A DNA stretch of 64,000 nt, taken from IMG/VR virus record IMGVR_UViG_3300046616_000188, one strand, 5' to 3'. The notes below the pieces were generated by a model that saw only the letters and a program-made list of their open reading frames with translations, searched no databases and was not told the DNA's origin. This DNA comes from a virus. Shown here one piece after another: positions 37,665 to 43,325 of the stretch. The first letter of the stretch is position 1; every line of letters starts with the position of its first letter. The translations under genes and the position numbers were made by a program.

Positions 37665-38144
37665 TTAATCCTTAGTTTTATTTTTAGATCCGAATGTTCC
37701 AGTTTGTGAGTGGCAATTTGGACATAAAAATCTTAGATTTTTTATTTCGTTATTTTTCCAATTACCGTCTATATGATCTACGTGCAAAGTTATCGGGTGC
37801 CCGCACCAGTCCGATATATCACATTCGGAACACTTATATTCAATACCAGATTCCAGAAGTCCTCTTTTTAGGAATTTTGTAGCTACTCTGGTTGATATAT
37901 TTTCATCAAATATCAAGATTTCGGATAGATTTTTTTGTTTGTTTGGAAACTTTTTACCTGTACTATAATTCTTGCCATTCAAAAAATGTGAAGTATCTAA
38001 TCCTAGATTCTTTATTCTTCTACTTATATGGGCGTGCGAGCCGCCAGCCATTCTCATTCCTAGTTTTCTGAGGACATCTGATACAGTATCACACTCTGCT
38101 ACTAACTTTGTTATATCTTCGTCGGAATATTTATATCTTGGCAT
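37665..38144 (-). CDS. HNH homing endonuclease
   Basis: CSEC...LHVDHIDGNWKNNEIKNLRFLCPNCH; start moved out of tRNA-Leu. Confidence 0.92.
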   Translation of the reverse strand: MPRYKYSDEDITKLVAECDTVSDVLRKLGMRMAGGSHAHISRRIKNLGLDTSHFLNGKNYSTGKKFPNKQKNLSEILIFDENISTRVATKFLKRGLLESGIEYKCSECDISDWCGHPITLHVDHIDGNWKNNEIKNLRFLCPNCHSQTGTFGSKNKTKD

Positions 38145-38172
38145 TTTATTTTTTTTATTTAATTTATTTAAT

Positions 38173-38257
38173 TGGTGCGGGTAGAGGGACTCGAACCCCC
38201 ACGCACAAGGCACAAGTTTCTAAAACTTGCGTGGCTACCAAATTACACCATACCCGC
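38173..38257 (-). tRNA. tRNA-Leu (TAG)
   Basis: CAAGT-TT TAG AA-ACTTG, long V arm, CCA. Confidence 0.92.
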
Positions 38258-38258
38258 G

Positions 38259-38331
38259 TACTCCCTGATGGATTTGAACCACCGAATGTCTGGATGTAAA
38301 CCAGATGCCTTAACCGCTTGGCGAAAGGAGC
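38259..38331 (-). tRNA. tRNA-Val (TAC), CCA not encoded, abuts tRNA-Leu
   Basis: TCTGG-TT TAC AT-CCAGA; T loop TTCAAAT. Confidence 0.85.
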
Positions 38332-38351
38332 GTGTTAAATTTTATAATCTT

Positions 38352-38428
38352 TGGACCGTCTTCCTTGGATTGAACAAGGATATCGCGATCCACAATCGCG
38401 CGCTCTAACCAATTGAGCTAAAGACGGC
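38352..38428 (-). tRNA. tRNA-His (GTG) with genomic G-1 and U73
   Basis: CGCGA-TT GTG GA-TCGCG; CCA. Confidence 0.9.
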
Positions 38429-38431
38429 TGT

Positions 38432-38505
38432 TGGTTCAGGATGATGGATTCGAACCACCATAACGAGTACCAAAAACTCGCGCCTTACCATTAGACGAAT
38501 CCTGA
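38432..38505 (-). tRNA. tRNA-Gln (TTG)
   Basis: CGAGT-TT TTG GT-ACTCG; U1-A72; CCA. Confidence 0.88.
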
Positions 38506-38512
38506 TTATTAC

Positions 38513-38620
38513 TTACTTATAGCGCTCAAGTATATTGGAAAGACCCGCGCCGGGAGGTTGATAAGATGCGCAAGCCGTTACACTAAAGGTGAGGAAGAGA
38601 ATTACAAATACTTTAAACAT
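38513..38620 (-). CDS. 35-aa lipoprotein (absent from the ORF track)
   Basis: MFKVFVILFLTFSVTAC|ASYQPPGAGLSNILERYK; lipobox VTAC; start overlaps the upstream stop. Confidence 0.6.
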   Translation of the reverse strand: MFKVFVILFLTFSVTACASYQPPGAGLSNILERYK

Positions 38621-38795
38621 TTTCTATTGCTTCCAATTTCTTTTTAGCTTTTTCAATCCCTGCTTCGGCAAAATCTAATAAATATTCGGGGTGACTATCG
38701 TCTTTGTCGTGCTCAAGGAAGATTTTAAGGTTCCAAATCGCACACTGAATATCGTCTCGATAATGATCGCCGTCTGGTAACGCGAAAAGTCCCAT
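38613..38795 (-). CDS. Hypothetical protein
   Basis: 60 aa after an AGGA RBS. Confidence 0.6.
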   Translation of the reverse strand: MGLFALPDGDHYRDDIQCAIWNLKIFLEHDKDDSHPEYLLDFAEAGIEKAKKKLEAIENV

Positions 38796-38810
38796 AACAT
38801 TTCCTAAATT

Positions 38811-38893
38811 TGGTGGACGTAGATGGAGTTGAACCACCAAGCCTTAAGGACCGGAGCTACAATCCGGCGGGCCTGCCAATGCCCAATACGTCC
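38811..38893 (-). tRNA. tRNA-Tyr (GTA)
   Basis: CCGGA-TT GTA GC-TCCGG, long V arm, CCA. Confidence 0.9.
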
Positions 38894-38899
38894 TTATCT

Positions 38900-39283
38900 T
38901 TAAATAGCGTCTGGATGCTTTTCCAGTAGTTTCTTCAACTGCTCAATCTCTTTGGCTTTAGCCTTAGCGGCTTTCTTTTCTGCCGATTCGGCTTGCTTTC
39001 GCTTGGCTTCGGCTTTCCGTTCTAGTTCCGCTTTAACCGCTCTAGCTACTTCATCTTTGATGGACTTAATTGCTTGGAGCGCTCCACCTTCAGGCTCGCG
39101 TACCAGAATATACTGCTGAGTATGGTTATTAACTCTTTGCAGCACATGAAGATTTTGTCTTATAAATTCAAAATCCTCTTCAGAAATTTCTTCCCAATCT
39201 GAGATTCCTTGAGTTAGTATTTGCTCGCAGTCATAATCATCCAAGTGTCTATCGATATACATAAACAATTTAACTTTGACCAT
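38900..39283 (-). CDS. Hypothetical protein with C-terminal coiled coil
   Basis: 127 aa, RBS GGAG. Confidence 0.75.
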   Translation of the reverse strand: MVKVKLFMYIDRHLDDYDCEQILTQGISDWEEISEEDFEFIRQNLHVLQRVNNHTQQYILVREPEGGALQAIKSIKDEVARAVKAELERKAEAKRKQAESAEKKAAKAKAKEIEQLKKLLEKHPDAI

Positions 39284-39299
39284 GACAATCTCCTAAAAT

Positions 39300-39386
39300 T
39301 GGCTGGGGAGGCCGGATTCGAACCGGCGACGGGCTTTCGCCAATGGATTAACAGTCCATCCCCTGCTACCGCTCGGGTACTCCCCA
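39300..39386 (-). tRNA. tRNA-Asn (GTT) with long variable arm
   Basis: ATGGA-CT GTT AA-TCCAT; V arm GGC GAAA GCC; G73; CCA. Confidence 0.85.
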
Positions 39387-39396
39387 TTATTTTTTC

Positions 39397-39425
39397 ATAT
39401 TAACACGAAGATTCGTATTTGTCAA
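39397..39425 (-). promoter_or_regulatory. sigma70-like promoter
   Basis: TTGACA-N17-TAATAT. Confidence 0.7.
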
Positions 39426-39494
39426 CCAATTTAACTAACTCTTGATAGGAAAGTGAACTCTTAGTCTTCTTTCTGTTATTGTCAGAGAACGACA

Positions 39495-39614
39495 TTAACT
39501 CACAATCATGCCTGAGTGGGGAGATTTACCTTTACTAGGGCCGTGAATTCTTTTATGGCCATTTAAAGCTTGTGTAGTTCTAAACTGTTTATCACATAAA
39601 TTACAATTAAACAT
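39495..39614 (-). CDS. 39-aa protein with one classical C2H2 zinc finger (or N-terminal relic of a deleted endonuclease)
   Basis: FNCNLCDKQFRTTQALNGHKRIH = F-x-C-x2-C-x3-F-x5-L-x2-H-x3-H. Confidence 0.6.
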   Translation of the reverse strand: MFNCNLCDKQFRTTQALNGHKRIHGPSKGKSPHSGMIVS

Positions 39615-39638
39615 ATACTATAAATTAATTTTTAAAAT

Positions 39639-39729
39639 TGGCGGAAGGTGCGAAGATTCGAACTCGCGGTCCCTTTTCAGGGACACTTCTTTAGCAAAGA
39701 AGCGGTTTAGGCCTCTCACCCAACCTTCC
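39639..39729 (-). tRNA. tRNA-Ser (GCT)
   Basis: CTTCT-TT GCT AA-AGAAG; long V arm; extra U in the T stem; CCA. Confidence 0.9.
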
Positions 39730-39734
39730 AAATT

Positions 39735-39809
39735 TGGAGACTAGGGCCAGTCTCGAACTGGCACGTGACGGCTTTGCAGGCCGTTGCATAACCCTTCTGC
39801 CTCCTAGTC
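39735..39809 (-). tRNA. tRNA-Cys (GCA)
   Basis: ACGGC-CT GCA AA-GCCGT; U73; CCA. Confidence 0.92.
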
Positions 39810-39812
39810 GAA

Positions 39813-40424
39813 TTAAATGCTAGTCTTACCTGTCGCCATGGCACGATCTTCGTCACTGAAACCTAAATTGGCATCAGAGCCCCACTGCTCATAATACATA
39901 CTGCGGTTTGCAACAGATTTAAATGCCTGCTCGTAATTACCTTTGGTCATGTTAAGAGTTGAGCCGGTTAGAACACCTAGCCCGCTGCTCTGGCCGAATG
40001 CATCAAAATCAGCGCCGATGAATACAACGTCGTAACCAGTTGTTTTGAAGTTATCAAGAATTGTTTTCGTGCCATTCTTATCAAATTCGCGGCTCGCATT
40101 TTCAAGGCCGTCAGTAACGATAATGATTGAAGCCTTCTTAGGAGCCTTAAGTGTTAGAAGCTGATTCAGCGCGCCAATCGCATCGAACAATGGCGTCATA
40201 CCACGTGGCAATACTTCTGTGGCTGAAATCGGATTCCAATCCTTAAGCTTTACGTCTTTTCTAATAACCTTAAACGGTTCTTGATTATCAAAAACTGTTA
40301 CAGATACTGAAGCCTTAGTCTTAGCTTCTTTCAAAGCTGTGACATAAGCATTTACAGCGCCGATAGTTTCATCCCAACGAGACTGCATCGAACCGGAACG
40401 GTCAATCAAAATTTCTACTTGCAT
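39813..40424 (-). CDS. von Willebrand factor A domain protein
   Basis: MIDAS DRSGSM, GMTPLFDAIG, IVTDGLENAS. Confidence 0.92.
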   Translation of the reverse strand: MQVEILIDRSGSMQSRWDETIGAVNAYVTALKEAKTKASVSVTVFDNQEPFKVIRKDVKLKDWNPISATEVLPRGMTPLFDAIGALNQLLTLKAPKKASIIIVTDGLENASREFDKNGTKTILDNFKTTGYDVVFIGADFDAFGQSSGLGVLTGSTLNMTKGNYEQAFKSVANRSMYYEQWGSDANLGFSDEDRAMATGKTSI

Positions 40425-40449
40425 TATAAGTCCTTTGTCGAGTTAGTTA

Positions 40450-40541
40450 TGGCGGAAGGGGTGGGATTCGAACCCACGGAACCCTCTCGGGTCCTTCGGT
40501 TTTCAAGACCGACTCAATCGGCCAGACTCTGACACCCTTCC
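40450..40541 (-). tRNA. tRNA-Ser (TGA)
   Basis: TCGGT-CT TGA AA-ACCGA; long V arm; CCA. Confidence 0.92.
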
Positions 40542-40545
40542 ATTA

Positions 40546-40627
40546 TGGAGCACGCCGAGGGACTCGAACCCCCATTCTCGTTCCAGTTAGCTTAGTCATC
40601 GTTCGTAGCGATGCGGCATAGGCGTGC
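40546..40627 (-). tRNA. Non-canonical tRNA-Arg (ACG)-like gene without a D-arm
   Basis: GCACGCC/GGCGTGC acceptor, CATCG-CT ACG AA-CGATG, GGGGG-TTCGAGT-CCCTC T arm, CCA; only 7 nt where the D-arm should be and a 23-nt variable region. Confidence 0.7.
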
Positions 40628-40632
40628 ATTAA

Positions 40633-41010
40633 TTAAATATGTGTAATCTTTTTCGCATCTCTGAGGAAAACTTCTGCGCCAATATCCTGCGGCTCAAAAT
40701 ATTCTCTAACGAGATTAATTACTTCATTTTCATCATAGTCTTTACAGCTGAAAATGTCAAGATAGAAATCACCGTCATGATCGACAAAGTGACCAGTAAT
40801 ATTTGACGTTTCGATCATTTGAATAAATGAAATGCCTGCCTTGACCGGATCGTGAGTGGCGAAACGCTCGATCCAGAGCGGGCCGTATTTAACCATGTCA
40901 ATCTTTACCACTAGCTCATCAACGAACTTAGCGATGTGTTCTTTAGACGTTACGGCAGGGATAGACCCGGCCCGCGCATCAATAATTAGGTGTTTTCCCC
41001 AATACTGCAT
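40633..41010 (-). CDS. speD: S-adenosylmethionine decarboxylase-family pyruvoyl enzyme
   Basis: WGKHLIIDA, IETSNITGH (autocleavage Ser), YLDIFSCK. Confidence 0.85.
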   Translation of the reverse strand: MQYWGKHLIIDARAGSIPAVTSKEHIAKFVDELVVKIDMVKYGPLWIERFATHDPVKAGISFIQMIETSNITGHFVDHDGDFYLDIFSCKDYDENEVINLVREYFEPQDIGAEVFLRDAKKITHI

Positions 41011-41297
41011 TAGATTTCCTCTAGAACTTCAACGTTAAAGCCCTGACGCTTCGAACCAAAAGGATAAGCCTTACCGAGATTAACTACCGGCGCGTAACGC
41101 TCGTGGCGAGGCTTGACATAGGCCTGATATGCCCTAACAGCTTTACCTTCTTCGTTCCTAAAAACTGTGACGCGGCCTTCTACGAGTTGATCCAGAGGAT
41201 GGACCTTGTATCCTTCGCTCTTCTTAGTCTCAGCTACAACAGTGGTAGATACCGTGGCTGTTTCGCCTTCACGTAGTGTAACACTTACATCTTCCAA
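41010..41297 (-). CDS. Hypothetical protein
   Basis: 95 aa, coupled to the next gene. Confidence 0.65.
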   Translation of the reverse strand: MEDVSVTLREGETATVSTTVVAETKKSEGYKVHPLDQLVEGRVTVFRNEEGKAVRAYQAYVKPRHERYAPVVNLGKAYPFGSKRQGFNVEVLEEI

Positions 41298-41331
41298 AAT
41301 ACTTTATCCTTTTTAATTTCTAATTTTTAAT

Positions 41332-41406
41332 TGGCACGACGCTCGGAACTCGAATCCGGTTTCTCGGTTTTGGAGACCGACGTTTTACCGCATAAACTAT
41401 CGCCGC
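41332..41406 (-). tRNA. tRNA-Trp (CCA)
   Basis: TCGGT-CT CCA AA-ACCGA; G73; CCA. Confidence 0.87.
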
Positions 41407-41409
41407 AAA

Positions 41410-41486
41410 TGGTGGAACAGAATGGAATCGAACCACTGACCTTCTGAGCTTCAATCAGACACTCTACCAGACTGAGTTACTGTTCC
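41410..41486 (-). tRNA. tRNA-Phe (GAA)
   Basis: TCTGA-TT GAA GC-TCAGA; CCA. Confidence 0.92.
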
Positions 41487-41644
41487 GAGATTAATTTTCG
41501 ATAATATTCTATGGAAAAGTAATATGTTTTCCCATTCGTATCGTAAGCCATGACGAAGCATAGCCAAACTTTTCGAGTAATACCATCACCCTGATAAGCC
41601 TTCACAGGTGACCAAGCGAACCGTTTTCTATAGGCGTAGTTCAT
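41477..41644 (-). CDS. Hypothetical small protein
   Basis: 55 aa between tRNAs; 3' end overlaps tRNA-Phe. Confidence 0.45.
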   Translation of the reverse strand: MNYAYRKRFAWSPVKAYQGDGITRKVWLCFVMAYDTNGKTYYFSIEYYRKLISEQ

Positions 41645-41672
41645 TAATGAGACTCGCTTCAAACTTAAATTT

Positions 41673-41747
41673 TGGAGCGGGTGAATGGTATCGAGCCATC
41701 CTCTTCAGTTTGGAAAACTGAGGCCCATCCATCTAGACCACACCAGC
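41673..41747 (-). tRNA. tRNA-Gly (TCC)
   Basis: TCAGT-TT TCC AA-ACTGA; U73; variant T loop CTCGATA; CCA. Confidence 0.85.
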
Positions 41748-41749
41748 AA

Positions 41750-41893
41750 ATTCTGTGACGGTTACTACCCCTCCGTCGTAGCTATTTCGTTGCTACAGAT
41801 GTTCCAGTGGTTGGACGGATCGTTTCAAGTGAGACACCCGTAGGCCCTCGAAACAGGGTTGCAACGATCAAACTACTTGATCCTGTTCTGGAA
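41750..41893 (-). ncRNA. Candidate structured RNA between tRNA-Thr and tRNA-Gly
   Basis: Complementary pairs TTCCAG/CTGGAA, GATCGTT/AACGATC, TCAAGT/ACTTGA, GTAGC/GCTAC, GACGG/CCGTC; no credible ORF. Confidence 0.45.
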
Positions 41894-41976
41894 TGGTGCT
41901 GGACACAGGATTCGAACCTGCGACGTGGGATTCTTCCTTACAAGAGAAGCGCTTTCGACCGCTCAGCCAATCCAGC
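41894..41976 (-). tRNA. tRNA-Thr (TGT) with extended variable region
   Basis: CTTCT-CT TGT AA-GGAAG; 11-nt V region; CCA. Confidence 0.85.
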
Positions 41977-41989
41977 ATAGGAAAGACGC

Positions 41990-42316
41990 TTACGCGTCGA
42001 TCCACTTAAAAATGTCTTCCCTAGTGATTTGCTTATCACCGTACTTATTAACCATGGCGAGTACGCGAGGCACAATAACAACCACTAGCTTATTGCTGCT
42101 GTGGATTTTTACCTCTACGGACTTGTAAGCCCTGCCATCTAGAAACGCACGAGCTAAGAATGTGGCTCGATTTTCGTTCCTAACGTCCCATGTCCTATGT
42201 TGTCTCAGGGACCAGAACGCGGGCTTATTTTTTGCTTTTTGTTTCCTCTCTTCGAAGCGAATGATTTTGGCTTCTTCGGTGAGGTGTTTAGATTTAACTT
42301 TTAGTTCGATACTCAT
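41990..42316 (-). CDS. Hypothetical basic protein
   Basis: 108 aa, GGAG RBS. Confidence 0.75.
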   Translation of the reverse strand: MSIELKVKSKHLTEEAKIIRFEERKQKAKNKPAFWSLRQHRTWDVRNENRATFLARAFLDGRAYKSVEVKIHSSNKLVVVIVPRVLAMVNKYGDKQITREDIFKWIDA

Positions 42317-42455
42317 TTGTATTCTCCATTAGATTATTTGATTGCCATTGTCAAGTGATTATTTGACGATTTAAGGTGGCCCTCTAATGGAAAGTATTAA
42401 TGTTTTTTCAAGCTACGTGTTATCGCCCATTTTTAAATCCTTTATATGGGTAGTT

Positions 42456-42529
42456 TGGTGGGATTACCCGGAATCGAACCGAGGTAAAAGAGTTTAGAAT
42501 TCCCTGCTCTACCATTGAGCTATAATCCC
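42456..42529 (-). tRNA. tRNA with CUA anticodon (putative amber suppressor; alternative register TCT/Arg)
   Basis: Perfect acceptor, D and T arms; anticodon arm GGGAA-TT CTA AA-CTCTT is weak. Confidence 0.65.
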
Positions 42530-42597
42530 TTTGGTCGAGGCTTCGCACCCCGTTGTCGATTGTCCCTTTTAACTACAGGCCTATCGATAATGCCAAT

Positions 42598-42678
42598 TGG
42601 TCTGAGTGGCAAGGATTTGAACCTGCGACCTTCCTCTTGAATGGTCGAGGATGCTCTGTCCCGCTGAGCTACACCCAA
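42598..42678 (-). tRNA. tRNA-like gene with a 10-nt anticodon loop (undetermined or pseudo-tRNA)
   Basis: TCCTC-GACCATTCAA-GAGGA; normal D arm; extra U in the T stem; CCA. Confidence 0.65.
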
Positions 42679-42711
42679 GTCATAAATTCAGTTGGTGATG
42701 ATAATATCAAC

Positions 42712-43074
42712 TCAAGAAAAATGTTTTTCCATGTGACACCTACAACAAAGTAGTATACATTTTTCTGCTTCGTTCAAGTAAGTTTCCCATGAAAGTTTGA
42801 CCGCGTCGGAAGCGTTCATTTCTTTATTAGGATCAGGATGGTGCCACTCCAATGCGGCTCCTATTTTGTCATACCCACATTCTTGACAACCAATGTTTAT
42901 TTTATGATTGCGCATCCTTTGTGAATACAAATGGTGCCGTAAGTTTTTTCGTTCTTGTTTAGAAAGTCCTTCGGGCATACAATCAAAACAAAATTTTCTG
43001 TTTGTTCCACCTGAGCCTTTTCTATTTGGTTCAAAATTTTTTGAGCAATAATCACAAAACATTATCATTTCCAA
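42712..43074 (-). CDS. HNH endonuclease with N-terminal Cys cluster
   Basis: CDYC...CFDC; GCQECG...LEWHHPDP...KCILLCCRCH. Confidence 0.88.
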   Translation of the reverse strand: MEMIMFCDYCSKNFEPNRKGSGGTNRKFCFDCMPEGLSKQERKNLRHHLYSQRMRNHKINIGCQECGYDKIGAALEWHHPDPNKEMNASDAVKLSWETYLNEAEKCILLCCRCHMEKHFS

Positions 43075-43079
43075 AATTA

Positions 43080-43156
43080 TGGTCGGAGTGATCAGGATCG
43101 AACTGATGACCTTACCGCCCCAAACGGTACGCGCTACCAGACTGCGCTACACTCCG
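43080..43156 (-). tRNA. tRNA-Pro (TGG)
   Basis: TACCG-TT TGG GG-CGGTA; C1-G72, A73; CCA. Confidence 0.93.
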
Positions 43157-43157
43157 T

Positions 43158-43254
43158 ATTCTTTTATTGTGGGGCACCAGTACCTAATAAAATCAACTCA
43201 GATGCAGTGAGTTAAAGATCAGGTTTGCATCCCGGTGCCTCCCAATAAAAGAAT
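43158..43254. ncRNA. Candidate pseudoknotted RNA A
   Basis: 12-bp perfect closing stem plus GGCACC/GGTGCC; inner hairpin AACTCA/TGAGTT whose loop GATGCA pairs with TGCATC. Confidence 0.55.
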
Positions 43255-43256
43255 GT

Positions 43257-43311
43257 GCTAGGACGAACGAGTTACCGGCGTACCTGTAACTTCATTCTAA
43301 AGACGCCTAGC
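43257..43311 (-). ncRNA. Candidate pseudoknotted RNA B
   Basis: GCTAG/CTAGC closing stem; 11-bp hairpin whose loop ACGC(C) pairs with upstream (G)GCGT. Confidence 0.45.
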
Positions 43312-43325
43312 CGCCTTCTCATTCA

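Noticed and set aside
42532-42595. Extra tRNA or tmRNA piece ending GGGGTGCGAAGCCTCGACCA
   Set aside because: T-arm-like hairpin and CCA are present, but there is no acceptor stem, D arm or anticodon arm; no tmRNA tag ORF was found
43158-43254. Canonical pistol ribozyme
   Set aside because: Topology is similar, but the conserved P2-pseudoknot linker and the GCG before P3 are missing and it would be antisense to the array; kept only as an unknown pseudoknot RNA
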